A stretch of 64,000 nucleotides of DNA, from IMG/VR virus record IMGVR_UViG_3300027747_002638. One strand, written 5' to 3'. The position numbers were made by a program, and so were the translations under genes. The stretch is from a virus. The notes below the pieces were generated by a model. The model searched no databases and was not told the DNA's origin. It saw only the letters and a list, made by a program, of their open reading frames with translations. Below, one piece after another: positions 36,583 through 46,759 of the stretch. Positions within the stretch are counted from its first letter, which is position 1, and every line of letters starts with the position of its first letter.

Positions 36583-39474
36583 TTAATAATATACTGGAAT
36601 AAATCCACCTGGAGTCCAGTTGTAACCATCTAATGGAGTATTTATATTTATATATCTCATTCTTTTGCTACTAACTACGGGTTCAAGACTTGGTATATTT
36701 TCTATTGTGACTTGAGGTAATGAATTAATTGATCTTAAGCTAGAAACTAAAGCTGGATTAGTATCGGTCCAATTTCCAGAACTATACCAATTAGCTAATG
36801 GAATTGTATCAGGAGCAATTGCTTGTCCTGAGTGATAGTTATTTAGTAGTAATATTTTATATTGACTTGGAAGTTGACCAACTGCTCCTGTATAGAGCGT
36901 CCAAATTCCTCTGTTATCATGAGTATTTTTTACTGCATTGTAAGATATAACAGAAAAATTATCGCCTTGATATCTTGCATAAAAATAATAATATGGACTA
37001 TTTTCAGTATTATTCTGAGAAATAGCAGATGCTCTAAAAAATTCAGCTTCTCCAGAACTACCATAAGCATAAGTTGGTAATGGAAGAGATGCTAATCTAT
37101 TCGTTGCTTTTTGAAATCCATAATCCATTCCAACATTTTGTAAAAGTCCAACGTATAAATCATATGTTCCAGTTACTATTGTTCTTCCATAAGCTCCTCT
37201 TCCAATTGTGTTAGGGACTTGAATTGTTGAAGGTATTTTAATTGGGCAATATAATTCTTCATTTTCAGTATTAGAAGTTATGACTTCTTTATTTAAAGAA
37301 TAAATAAGTTCTCCATTTAACCCAGTTCTTTCAAGTGTTGTTGTTGAAAAATGCCAAGATTGATTTGTAATATAGCCTAATGCTTTTTGATTATCTATAT
37401 TCGCTAAATTAAATGGTTCACTTGTTGATCCAGTAAATATAGTTGATCCACTTAAATATATACTGTTTGCTCTTAAACTTTTAGATCCTAAATTTAAACC
37501 ACTTGAATTAAACGTAAAATTATTTGATCCTAAATTAACTTTTAATGTATTTGATTCATTATTAAATATGTTTCCATTACCTAAAGCTACATTATTAGAG
37601 CTATTTGTAAATGTATTTGATAATCCTAAAGCAGAATTATTATTTGACAAACTTCCAGTTGATAAATTACTGTTTCCAACAATAACAGAACTATTAGTAT
37701 TAAAAAGTTTATTATTATTTCCTATAGAAATATTTGAAATATTATTTCCAGTTCCATAAATATTTGTAAAGTTTCCTAATACTAAATTATTTGAACCAGA
37801 TGAAAAATTAGTATCCCCAATTAAAATAGAATTTGCGCCAGTTGAATTTCGTGCTAGTACTGATGTACTATTATTTCCAACTAATATTGAACGATTAATA
37901 TAATTATAACTATTATTACCAACTAAAACATTTTGTTGTAAAATTGAGTTTGAATCTGGAATTATATTAGTTCCATCTAATGTATAATTACCATTTCCAA
38001 GAGTATTCGAATTTCCAACGAGTACAGAATTATTTGTATTAAAGAATGTATTTAAATTACCTAAAGAAATAGATGTATTTAAAGTTTTATTTATATTACT
38101 ATTTCCTACAATAGTAACCCCACTTATAGATCTGTTTGAAATATTATTTCCAAGTGAATTGACATTTGAAGAAACTGCCATTTCATTATCTTGTCCAATA
38201 TTATTGATTGATTTTAATCCGCTAGCAAAATAATTATTCGTACCAAAAGAATTGATATCAGCAATAGTATTTTTTGCATCTACTAATGCATTTGTATTTC
38301 CAGCAACATTTATATTGTTAAAATTATTAGAAAAAATTGTATTTCCTTTACCAATTAGATTAACATTAGAGCCAGTGCTATTCCTCATTAATTGTCCAAC
38401 TCTATCTTGATTTATACTGTTATCTCTACCTACTATCATACTAGTTTCTATAGATGTTACTCCAGTACTTACTGTATTAGTTGCTCCTAAATAAATTGAA
38501 GAGTTTGAGTTATTGAGAGTTGTAGCGTTTCCAATTACTATGTTGCCAGTAGATGAATTTATTATTGAATCTGATCCTACCAATAAAAGATCAGATCCAG
38601 TGCTTATTACTGAAGAATTGCCAAGTAGAACTATTTTATCACTATTAAAAATAGTATTTAAATTACCATTAACTATTGAATAAATTGATGGACTATTTAT
38701 ATTTCCACTGTTAAATAATGCATTACTTGCGCCAAAAACATAATTGTTTTGTTGATATAAACCACCTACTCCAGTATAATCAGAGTCTATATAATTAAAT
38801 TGTCCAATTGAAACATTTGGCCCTGCAAATGTACCATTTGCTATTGCTCCAGTAGGACTACTAGATCTAATTTCAATTCCAACAGGATAGAGTGCGTTTT
38901 CAATTTTAATGTAAGCTTCTTGATTGTCTGATCTAAATAATAAATTTCCATTGATATTTACTTTTTCCGCAGTTACTCCTTGATCTATTCTTCCAAAATT
39001 TATATAATCATCATAACCTACAGCAAATGTTCCACTATTATATAATTTATTTATTTTACCATTTAAATCTAACGGTAGAATTTGAGCTTTAAAAAAACAA
39101 GTACTAGGGAAAACTGCTCGATTTATACTCAACCCAGTAGAATTAACTTGAAGTCCTTCAAATCCAGTATATCTTGAAAATGATCCAGTTTGAGTTCTGC
39201 CAGTCATTAATAACCAGTATTGGTTTTGATAATGATACTTTAAATCGTTTATATTATTAAAGACTAGCCCTACATTAAGTCCAGTTCCATAAGCAACTCT
39301 TAAAGTGTCGCCACTTGGTATGAAAAAAATATCATCATATAGCCCAGTTCTTACAGAAGATGGAGTTACTATGCTTGAAGTATATAAATTTGGAACTATT
39401 CCTGTACCTTGAAAAATTTCAAAGACCCCCGAATTTAATCGTAAATTACCCTGTAAATTGCTAATAGTTGGCAT
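36583..39474 (-). CDS. Fibre/adhesin with YadA-head-like beta-roll repeats
   Basis: Many roughly 14-aa units of the type S[IV]x[ILV]GNxN in the central part. Confidence 0.75.
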   Translation of the reverse strand: MPTISNLQGNLRLNSGVFEIFQGTGIVPNLYTSSIVTPSSVRTGLYDDIFFIPSGDTLRVAYGTGLNVGLVFNNINDLKYHYQNQYWLLMTGRTQTGSFSRYTGFEGLQVNSTGLSINRAVFPSTCFFKAQILPLDLNGKINKLYNSGTFAVGYDDYINFGRIDQGVTAEKVNINGNLLFRSDNQEAYIKIENALYPVGIEIRSSSPTGAIANGTFAGPNVSIGQFNYIDSDYTGVGGLYQQNNYVFGASNALFNSGNINSPSIYSIVNGNLNTIFNSDKIVLLGNSSVISTGSDLLLVGSDSIINSSTGNIVIGNATTLNNSNSSIYLGATNTVSTGVTSIETSMIVGRDNSINQDRVGQLMRNSTGSNVNLIGKGNTIFSNNFNNINVAGNTNALVDAKNTIADINSFGTNNYFASGLKSINNIGQDNEMAVSSNVNSLGNNISNRSISGVTIVGNSNINKTLNTSISLGNLNTFFNTNNSVLVGNSNTLGNGNYTLDGTNIIPDSNSILQQNVLVGNNSYNYINRSILVGNNSTSVLARNSTGANSILIGDTNFSSGSNNLVLGNFTNIYGTGNNISNISIGNNNKLFNTNSSVIVGNSNLSTGSLSNNNSALGLSNTFTNSSNNVALGNGNIFNNESNTLKVNLGSNNFTFNSSGLNLGSKSLRANSIYLSGSTIFTGSTSEPFNLANIDNQKALGYITNQSWHFSTTTLERTGLNGELIYSLNKEVITSNTENEELYCPIKIPSTIQVPNTIGRGAYGRTIVTGTYDLYVGLLQNVGMDYGFQKATNRLASLPLPTYAYGSSGEAEFFRASAISQNNTENSPYYYFYARYQGDNFSVISYNAVKNTHDNRGIWTLYTGAVGQLPSQYKILLLNNYHSGQAIAPDTIPLANWYSSGNWTDTNPALVSSLRSINSLPQVTIENIPSLEPVVSSKRMRYININTPLDGYNWTPGGFIPVYY

Positions 39475-39484
39475 ATATAATTAT

Positions 39485-39499
39485 ATACACAAATTACAC
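39485..39499 (-). promoter_or_regulatory. Tandem GTGTAA / GTGTAT elements
   Basis: TTACAC 39494-39499 and the variant ATACAC 39485-39490, the latter 10 nt from ATG 39474. Confidence 0.7.
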
Positions 39500-39722
39500 C
39501 AAATTTTTAATTAATAAATCTTTATTATAGATCTTGTTGATATCTATATCGCATTGATGAGGTAAACCTACGAATTCTTTCTCTATTTAAAAAAACTTCT
39601 GGATATGGACATATTACTATTAATTTTCTATCTGGATAATTTTTATTTATATTCTCTACTACAGCAGTAGCTGCGATATGCTTACCTATTCCACCCTGCA
39701 AGAAAAATATTACAGTTTTCAC
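39494..39722 (-). pseudogene. Internally deleted GT9-like glycosyltransferase relic
   Basis: N-terminus QGGIGKHIAATAVV..YPDRKLIVICPYPEVFLN is joined out of frame to a protein-like C-terminus IEKEFVGLPHQCDIDINKIYNKDLLIKNLV* (39586-39494). Confidence 0.7.
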
Positions 39723-39729
39723 TTATGAT

Positions 39730-39758
39730 ATTATAAAGTTAATATAATTAAATTTCAA
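39730..39758 (-). promoter_or_regulatory. sigma70-type promoter, leaderless
   Basis: TTGAAA-17 nt-TATAAT, 7 nt before GTG 39722. Confidence 0.65.
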
Positions 39759-39777
39759 AATTAAATGAGTAGTTAAA

Positions 39778-40227
39778 TTACACTGGGATTTCTATCTCTT
39801 GATTTTTGTTGTAACTGCCTATTTTATTTAATTTTTTGATATCTAATTGAGAGGCTAGTTGCTGTAAATCTGGTATATTAATTGCATCTGTTATAAAATC
39901 ATAATCACTATATTTAACTTTTATATTAAATTTAGAAGCAAGTTCGTCTGCTTCAGCGTCTTGTCTCCATTTTCCAGTAACTCTTGAGCCAGTTGCTATT
40001 AGTTTAAAATTTTGATCTGGATTGAGTTTTTTAAGTTCTGAAGCTATTGTAAGATATATATTTTTAGTTTGGTCATCAAATTCTTCGAATTTTGTAATTT
40101 TAGGCTTATTATATTTTCTAGATTCTTTGATTGCTTCTAAAGAGTTAACGAAAGCTTGAACTTCTGGTGATTGATCTTTCATTTCAATCAATTCTTTTAA
40201 AGTATAATTTTTACCTATTTCTATCAT
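39778..40227 (-). CDS. Minimal nucleotidyltransferase (Pol beta superfamily)
   Basis: IATGSRVTG...SDYDF motif. Confidence 0.7.
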   Translation of the reverse strand: MIEIGKNYTLKELIEMKDQSPEVQAFVNSLEAIKESRKYNKPKITKFEEFDDQTKNIYLTIASELKKLNPDQNFKLIATGSRVTGKWRQDAEADELASKFNIKVKYSDYDFITDAINIPDLQQLASQLDIKKLNKIGSYNKNQEIEIPV

Positions 40228-40230
40228 AAA

Positions 40231-40836
40231 TTAACCCCATCCAATAAAACCACCGATTGAATCAAAATAAGATGTATAACCATTCCAAGATGGATTAATG
40301 AAATCAACCGTTTCTATCATACTAGGTGTTTGATCAGTAATATCGTATGGATAATTAATATAAAAAGTCCAAGGAATAGCTCTCTCTTCTACAGCATTTC
40401 CATCATACTCCATATATACATAACTATAAATTGTTAATATCATTTTTCTGCCAATTGAACTTTTTAAAACCACTCCCACTTGTCCTCCAGGATAAAATGT
40501 AAAATCATTGATTTTATAAATATTTTTAAGATAAGAATTAAGTTGATCTATACATCCAACTGGTCCAAATCCGTATCCATCATTTCTATAATAAGCATAC
40601 TGTAAAAAATCATCTTGAGTAAAAATATAATTATATTGATTATTTACAATAACTTTATTATCAACTTTTAAATAATATAAATATACATCTGAATAAAAAT
40701 AAGCAAGAGCTGGATCATCGCCATAAGAACCCATATTATATCCATAGTTAAAACTATAACCATATGAAGAACGAAATTTTTTTTCTATTCCGTAAGAAGA
40801 TCTTGTGCCAGCATTAACAGATGGCAGTACTATCAT
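40231..40836 (-). CDS. Tyr-rich hypothetical virion/adhesin protein
   Basis: ATGA overlap with the upstream fibre adaptor gene. Confidence 0.6.
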   Translation of the reverse strand: MIVLPSVNAGTRSSYGIEKKFRSSYGYSFNYGYNMGSYGDDPALAYFYSDVYLYYLKVDNKVIVNNQYNYIFTQDDFLQYAYYRNDGYGFGPVGCIDQLNSYLKNIYKINDFTFYPGGQVGVVLKSSIGRKMILTIYSYVYMEYDGNAVEERAIPWTFYINYPYDITDQTPSMIETVDFINPSWNGYTSYFDSIGGFIGWG

Positions 40837-41291
40837 AATGTTGTATTTCCATACATTATATATCCATTACTTCCTGTATGTAATATTGAAGCTGTTGCAA
40901 ATTGACCCGCAGTTCTATATTGATTATTAAATGAATCAATTCTAATTCCAATTCCAGAACCTGTGATTTGAATTTGTCCTATGCCAACTTGCATTACCGT
41001 TATATTAAAACCAAGAGCATTACCGCTAACTATTCGTCCTATTACTTCAGTTGCTGAATTTACCATAATCATTCTACTGTTGTAATTCCCAGAGATATTA
41101 AAATTAGCTGAGAGATTAATTATCTGAGGAGTTGCGTTAATTAAATTAGAATTATTTAAATCTATTCCAGAGGTAAAAATTCCAGAATTGGCAAAAGTTT
41201 TAACTCCACTTATATTTTGATTATTTAGTGTGTTAACATATCTAATATCTGCATCAGTTTGATTGATGTAAATTGGATTGTTTAGTTGCAT
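40833..41291 (-). CDS. Short fibre / adaptor protein
   Basis: NQNISGVKTF shaft motif; C-terminal GFNITVMQVGIGQI..RTAGQFATASI..YIMYGNT domain. Confidence 0.65.
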   Translation of the reverse strand: MQLNNPIYINQTDADIRYVNTLNNQNISGVKTFANSGIFTSGIDLNNSNLINATPQIINLSANFNISGNYNSRMIMVNSATEVIGRIVSGNALGFNITVMQVGIGQIQITGSGIGIRIDSFNNQYRTAGQFATASILHTGSNGYIMYGNTTL

Positions 41292-41300
41292 ATAGGTATA

Positions 41301-41306
41301 TTACAC
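41301..41306 (-). promoter_or_regulatory. GTGTAA putative late promoter element
   Basis: 9 nt from ATG 41291. Confidence 0.75.
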
Positions 41307-41311
41307 TTTGT

Positions 41312-42166
41312 TTATGGTAGAGCTAAACCTTCGCCTACTGTTCTTTTTATTAAATTATTAAGATCTGTGTGCTCTCCATCAGATAAGGTTTTATAAAAAG
41401 CGCCAAAAAAGTGAAGTTTAGTATCACTTGGATAATACCATCCTCCTAATTTAAGTCTACTTGGTCCAGGGTAAGGTCCAGATGGAAGATAAACTGGAAG
41501 AGTCATAGCAGATGTTGCTGTTGTTGTTACTAGATTTCCATTTTTATAAACCTTAAGAAATCCATTAGTTGTTGCAGAGTCATAGTAAGCTGTATATGAT
41601 ACGCTGTTAAATCCCATACCAGCTTTAACTTGAGCATTCGTTGATGTGTCATATATATTTCCATAAGCAATTTCTGTGCTACTATACAATGCATCAACCC
41701 AAAGTCTCATTGCTCTCTGACCATCTTCTTCCGTACTTTGCGTAGCAAAATAAACTGCTTGATTTCTACCAATTCCTTTTCCAATAGCAAAATAAGATAT
41801 ATTCCCTGTATAAACTTGAAGAGGTGGACATACAACTGTTGAGGTATCACCATTTCCAAAAGTGTAAAAATTCATTCCATTTGTAGACCATTCAATATTA
41901 TTATATCCATTTGATGTTATAAGAAAGGTTCCATCATTGTTAGGTTTTAAACCATATACTGTTGTGCCAGCTCCTGCATTTTGATTGGAAGATAATAAAA
42001 ATATATTAGCGGCCAGATCCCAAAGCTTCATTTTCTTTAAACCAATAACAAATTGATTAACTTGTCTCATACCAACTGGAGTTAATCCTTGATTTCCACC
42101 AGCTATTATTCTTGCATTATAAGCAAGAACATCAGCATCAATTCCATATGTTCTATTAGTTATCAT
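41312..42166 (-). CDS. Adhesin paralog 5 of 5 (LamG/ConA-like)
   Basis: Shared N-terminus (D.D..AY..RI; QNAGAGTTVY) and C-terminus (K.TVGEGLALP). Confidence 0.75.
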   Translation of the reverse strand: MITNRTYGIDADVLAYNARIIAGGNQGLTPVGMRQVNQFVIGLKKMKLWDLAANIFLLSSNQNAGAGTTVYGLKPNNDGTFLITSNGYNNIEWSTNGMNFYTFGNGDTSTVVCPPLQVYTGNISYFAIGKGIGRNQAVYFATQSTEEDGQRAMRLWVDALYSSTEIAYGNIYDTSTNAQVKAGMGFNSVSYTAYYDSATTNGFLKVYKNGNLVTTTATSAMTLPVYLPSGPYPGPSRLKLGGWYYPSDTKLHFFGAFYKTLSDGEHTDLNNLIKRTVGEGLALP

Positions 42167-43023
42167 GGTAAAGCTAATCCTTTGGCTATGGTATCTTTTG
42201 CTATAGAATATGTACTGCTCCAGTCGCTATCTATATTTGGTGCAAATAAAAATATTGCAGAATAAGTTGTATTAATATTATTATTAGCTGAATAACTCGT
42301 TCCATCGAATCTTCCAGGTGCATACATTTTATTTTTAACAGCATATCTTGGTCCATAAGCAGATGGAGAAACAAGATTAGTTGAAATTATTCCATTACCT
42401 CTTCTGTATCTGCCAAAATTTTCTTCAAGACTCCAAGATACATTTATGCCTTGAAAAGTTTTACTATTTGTACCATAACTAAGATCCGCGCTTGTACCAA
42501 CTATATTATTCGCGTTAACAAAATAATTATAATTAGCCATATAAATTCTAATTGTAGTTGTTGTTCTATAAGTTATACAAACGCTATCATAGAAATAATT
42601 AGCATTATTTTGAAACATTAAAATTGGAAACCCTAAATTACTAGTAACATTTGATAATCCTGCTCCAATATATCCAAAACTAAAATTATCTAAAATAGCA
42701 GGAGTATCTAAACTCAAATAAGAAGAGCTCGCCGCAGATGGAATATCATAACCAGCATTAATACCATTTGAAGTTTGAACTGGACCATTTACAAGAGTAC
42801 AAAGATTATTACCATCTTTAAAAGGATATCTTATAGCTCCAGAACTTGCATTTTGATTATCTCTTAAAAACCAAATCTCTCGTAATCTTCCATATACTCC
42901 AATATCTTTTAAGCCTCTTATAAATTGATCAACAGAATAAATATCAGTTGGAGTTTTTACTCCATTGTAATTTAATCTTTTTACATATTTTTTTGTATCG
43001 TTGTCTAGTTGATAAGATTTCAT
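42163..43023 (-). CDS. Adhesin paralog 4 of 5
   Basis: Same N- and C-terminal motifs; ATGA overlap. Confidence 0.75.
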   Translation of the reverse strand: MKSYQLDNDTKKYVKRLNYNGVKTPTDIYSVDQFIRGLKDIGVYGRLREIWFLRDNQNASSGAIRYPFKDGNNLCTLVNGPVQTSNGINAGYDIPSAASSSYLSLDTPAILDNFSFGYIGAGLSNVTSNLGFPILMFQNNANYFYDSVCITYRTTTTIRIYMANYNYFVNANNIVGTSADLSYGTNSKTFQGINVSWSLEENFGRYRRGNGIISTNLVSPSAYGPRYAVKNKMYAPGRFDGTSYSANNNINTTYSAIFLFAPNIDSDWSSTYSIAKDTIAKGLALP

Positions 43024-43808
43024 GCTAGTCCGAGTCCTTTGCCAATTGTAGCTTTATATAGACTATAGTAATTCAAATATTTTGAAGTAATGCTTTCATT
43101 GAATATTATAATAGAAGATGTTGTTGGAATTGGATTAGATCCATCTCCAAATGCATATGAGTATGTAAAATCTTGAAGGGTAGTTCCATCTTTGTCCCAA
43201 TTAAAATTTGCATTTGTTGTTGCGGTTTTATATGTTGTGCCATAATAACCTTCTAAAGTATTTGATGATACTAAAGATAAAAGAGTGCTTTTAAAATCTC
43301 TAGAATTATTTTGACTTCCAAGATTAAGTTGTGCTCCATCGCTGTCTCTATATGCAAGAAATTCTCTATTTCCTCCTGGAGCATAAAAAAATCTATTATT
43401 TCCACCATAAGATATTTCGTTTCCAAAAGTAAATCCTGAACTAGAATAATTATTATTTTGAGTATTATCTATTAAATGGCAACTAAATGGACTAGTTTTA
43501 AATTTATATGCAGACATTGTTATTTTTGATCCATTAACTCCAAAAAATAAACCATTAAATGTCCAAACTGCACTGGTTATAACTGCATTATAAATATTAT
43601 TTTTAAAAGCATAAACTGTAGATCCAGTTCCAACGTTTTGGCTACTTCTTAATAACCACATTTCTTCAACAGAAGAATATAAGCTTAAATCTTTTAATCC
43701 AACAATAAAATCATTAACAGAATAAATATCTGATGGAGTTTTAATTCCGTTTATATTCATTCTTTTTAAATAGGCCTTTGTGTCTCTGTCTAGTTTATAA
43801 TATTTCAT
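43020..43808 (-). CDS. Adhesin paralog 3 of 5
   Basis: Same N- and C-terminal motifs; ATGA overlap. Confidence 0.75.
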   Translation of the reverse strand: MKYYKLDRDTKAYLKRMNINGIKTPSDIYSVNDFIVGLKDLSLYSSVEEMWLLRSSQNVGTGSTVYAFKNNIYNAVITSAVWTFNGLFFGVNGSKITMSAYKFKTSPFSCHLIDNTQNNNYSSSGFTFGNEISYGGNNRFFYAPGGNREFLAYRDSDGAQLNLGSQNNSRDFKSTLLSLVSSNTLEGYYGTTYKTATTNANFNWDKDGTTLQDFTYSYAFGDGSNPIPTTSSIIIFNESITSKYLNYYSLYKATIGKGLGLA

Positions 43809-44569
43809 GGTAAGTTTAATCCTTTGCCAAGAGTAGATTTATATAAAGAATAAACAGATGATGTATCTGAATCTGAAAGAGCTAAATTAAAAAGTATACT
43901 TGTAGATATTGTTCCTTTAAAAAAACGATTTGTTCCAGCTGAATTTGCGCCAATTGTAACATTAGCATTTCCTTGGGTTAAAATACCAGTAGTCCCTGGC
44001 GAGTTTGATTCATTATTTCTTGTAAATTTAAATATAGATGAACTTGCTCTTAAGCATAGCATTTTATAAGTAGTTGTAACTGCAGGACCAGTATAATTTC
44101 TAAGTGTTGGATTCCATACATACGCCTGATTATATCCACCTAGCTCTCCAAAAATATCCCATTCTCTATTTGATCCTTCGTCATCTTTTGCAAGCTCTAT
44201 CATAATATTACTAAAAATATCTTTTGCTGAGATTGAAAATGCTGAAAATTCAGAAAGTCCAGTCGTAAATCTAGTTGTAATATAGTCATCTATACCATCA
44301 AAATTAATACCATTTGCAGTCCAAATAGGTCCATTTGTTAGTATTCCATTATAAATTCCTAATCCACCAAAAGAATATGCTGTAGTTCCAGCTCCAGCGT
44401 TTTGATTTGATCTTAATGGCCAACAAATCATGTTTCCCCATAAATTTAAAATTTTTAATCCTTTTGCAAAATCACTAACGCTATTAATGTCAGTTGGACA
44501 TTTATATCCAGCGTCGATTATGCGTTTTGCATAATTTTTAACATCAATATCAAGATCGTAAAATCTCAT
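43805..44569 (-). CDS. Adhesin paralog 2 of 5 (clearest LamG features)
   Basis: GILTNGPIW..FDGIDDYI; IGA..FFKGTI..FNLALS. Confidence 0.78.
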   Translation of the reverse strand: MRFYDLDIDVKNYAKRIIDAGYKCPTDINSVSDFAKGLKILNLWGNMICWPLRSNQNAGAGTTAYSFGGLGIYNGILTNGPIWTANGINFDGIDDYITTRFTTGLSEFSAFSISAKDIFSNIMIELAKDDEGSNREWDIFGELGGYNQAYVWNPTLRNYTGPAVTTTYKMLCLRASSSIFKFTRNNESNSPGTTGILTQGNANVTIGANSAGTNRFFKGTISTSILFNLALSDSDTSSVYSLYKSTLGKGLNLP

Positions 44570-45342
44570 GGCAAATCTAAACCCCTTCCTATTGTATTTT
44601 TCATTATAGAATAAAAAGTATCAATCTGTGCTGATGAAAAAGCTCTATCTGAAATTAATCCAAAAGATGTCGTGCTTAATCCAACTGAAATTTGACTTGG
44701 ATCCCATCCACCAAAAAATATTAAAGATGAAGGCGCAAAACTCATTGATATATTTGATGTTGTTGCTGTTAAATTATTAGCTTTAAAAAGTAAAGTATTA
44801 GTATCATAACTTGCAGCAAGTTGATTAAAATTAGCTGTAATATTTGTACTTCCAAAACTATCATTTATTGATCCATTATAAGCGTCTAATCTAACTTTAT
44901 CTACTGCAACGTCAACTCTTAAAGCGAATCTTACTGCTGAAATAGTTCCATAAGATATAACTTCATGATTTGCCGAGGCTTTTTTTGAAACTCCAATTAT
45001 ACTTCTATTAACTCTTCCTCCTGTAGAAACTAGTGGAACAGAAAGATATTGTGTAGATACATTTTTTATAATTCCAGTATTATCCCAAACCATAGAAGCA
45101 GAAGACATTGTGGCGTTATATCTATCATTTTTAAGAGCATATACAGTTGTTCCAGTTCCAATATTATGGTCTTTTCTCATTAACCAAACATCTAAAATAT
45201 CAATCCAAAGATTATTAATCTTTAATTTTTTTATAAAATCACTAACACTACCTATATCAGACGGTATTCTTCCGCCAGCTTTTACGATTCTGTTTGCGTA
45301 AGCTTTTGCATCAACATCAATATCATAGTATCTTTTATACAT
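44566..45342 (-). CDS. Adhesin paralog 1 of 5
   Basis: Start moved to ATG 45342 (TAATG overlap); same motifs. Confidence 0.75.
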   Translation of the reverse strand: MYKRYYDIDVDAKAYANRIVKAGGRIPSDIGSVSDFIKKLKINNLWIDILDVWLMRKDHNIGTGTTVYALKNDRYNATMSSASMVWDNTGIIKNVSTQYLSVPLVSTGGRVNRSIIGVSKKASANHEVISYGTISAVRFALRVDVAVDKVRLDAYNGSINDSFGSTNITANFNQLAASYDTNTLLFKANNLTATTSNISMSFAPSSLIFFGGWDPSQISVGLSTTSFGLISDRAFSSAQIDTFYSIMKNTIGRGLDLP

Positions 45343-46205
45343 TAAACTAGTTCCCAAGAAATATATTTAATATTAACATTAGGATATTGAGCCACACTAA
45401 CTGGACCATTATACTTTGGGGTAAAATCAAGGAAGTTTCCGCCGTTATTATCAAATTCAGTATTTCCACCTTTTAATATAAGATTAAAACTACTACCAGT
45501 TATAACAGATCCAGTTACATTAAAACTAACGCCAGTTGTTACTGTTGCTCCTGCACCAAATTTAAGATAAATATTTCCTGTGCCATAGTTAGTAATGCCC
45601 CAAGCGAGTCTAGAGTTATTGCCACTTAGTATTGTACCAACTCCAGTTTGAATAGAATAATTACTAGCATAACCACCAACTGGAGGAAATGCTGTGACAC
45701 TATCAATATCTTTATCAAGATCTGCTTGAAGTGTTATTGCGCCACCACCTTGAGAATCAATATTTAATACTGCATTTGCATTTCTGCCGTATTGAGGAAA
45801 AAATCCAGAAGCAACATCAACTGCTCGTCCTCCAACTGCTCCAAATTCAACTGGAACTTGTGCTGAATATAGTCCAGTACTTGTGCCAGATCCAGTAATA
45901 TATCCAGTTAAATATCCAGAACAAAAATCATATTCTTCTGCTGGAACATCATAGAATATTTGTAGTTTGTCATTATTAGACATTGAGGTTGTATTATAAC
46001 CTAATAAAAATCCACTAGTTGAATTAACTGCTCCAGTAGCTGTTGAATCTGCGAAATTGTATATTATTTGTCCTCTTGTTACATTTGTAATTAATAATAA
46101 ACTCTCAAGATTTACTGGATTTTGAGGTCCATAAAGAGATGGTGGAAAATTAACAATTCTGCTACTAGCTAAAAATTGATATCCTGAAGGTATTAGTTTT
46201 TTCAT
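45342..46205 (-). CDS. Virion structural / fibre platform protein
   Basis: LLLITNVTRGQIIYNFAD motif; heads the paralog operon. Confidence 0.6.
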   Translation of the reverse strand: MKKLIPSGYQFLASSRIVNFPPSLYGPQNPVNLESLLLITNVTRGQIIYNFADSTATGAVNSTSGFLLGYNTTSMSNNDKLQIFYDVPAEEYDFCSGYLTGYITGSGTSTGLYSAQVPVEFGAVGGRAVDVASGFFPQYGRNANAVLNIDSQGGGAITLQADLDKDIDSVTAFPPVGGYASNYSIQTGVGTILSGNNSRLAWGITNYGTGNIYLKFGAGATVTTGVSFNVTGSVITGSSFNLILKGGNTEFDNNGGNFLDFTPKYNGPVSVAQYPNVNIKYISWELV

Positions 46206-46220
46206 ATATATTTAAGTATA

Positions 46221-46226
46221 TTACAC
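46221..46226 (-). promoter_or_regulatory. GTGTAA putative late promoter element
   Basis: 15 nt from ATG 46205. Confidence 0.7.
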
Positions 46227-46234
46227 CTTTTATA

Positions 46235-46744
46235 TTATAGTGCTATAGCATATGCTAATGCTAATTTTTTTGAGTTCTCTATTTGAGAGTAAAGATCATA
46301 ATTACCACTAATATTAATAGCTCCACTAACAAGTACATTTCCACTAACATATAATTTAGTAGTTCCAGTATTTGGTAACCCACCAAGACCAAGAGAATTT
46401 CCAGTTAATACAAAATCATTTCTATTAAAAGCGCCCATGATAACAGTATTGTCATCAAAAGCTTCTATGATTGGAAGCCCAGCTATATCATTAACGCTAA
46501 AAAGAGATCCAGAAAGATTATCTGTTACAGAAAACAATCTGCCATTAACTCCATCTACAGAGAATCGGTCTATACCAGAAACTCCAGTAGAATAATTAGC
46601 TATATTTAGACCTCCAAAATTATCATAGCCGAATCTTACAGCACTAGCGCCACCTGTGAAATTAGTATTAAAAGTATTTCCACCAGCTATTCCTGTTGAA
46701 AACTCCATTATTCCAGAGCTAGGATTAATAAATATGTTAGGCAT
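46235..46744 (-). CDS. Short fibre protein
   Basis: GRLFSVTDNLSGSLFSVNDIAGLP segment; C-terminal ALAYAIAL. Confidence 0.65.
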   Translation of the reverse strand: MPNIFINPSSGIMEFSTGIAGGNTFNTNFTGGASAVRFGYDNFGGLNIANYSTGVSGIDRFSVDGVNGRLFSVTDNLSGSLFSVNDIAGLPIIEAFDDNTVIMGAFNRNDFVLTGNSLGLGGLPNTGTTKLYVSGNVLVSGAINISGNYDLYSQIENSKKLALAYAIAL

Positions 46745-46753
46745 ATAGGTAAA

Positions 46754-46759
46754 TTACAC
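46754..46759 (-). promoter_or_regulatory. GTGTAA putative late promoter element
   Basis: 9 nt from ATG 46744. Confidence 0.75.

Noticed and set aside
36583-39474. Bacterial trimeric autotransporter (host gene)
   Set aside because: No signal peptide or C-terminal beta-barrel anchor; it carries the phage late motif.
41312-45342. Shufflon or diversity-generating retroelement behind the paralog array
   Set aside because: All copies are full-length and co-oriented; no recombinase, reverse transcriptase, inverted crossover sites or adenine-specific TR/VR pair is visible in the window.
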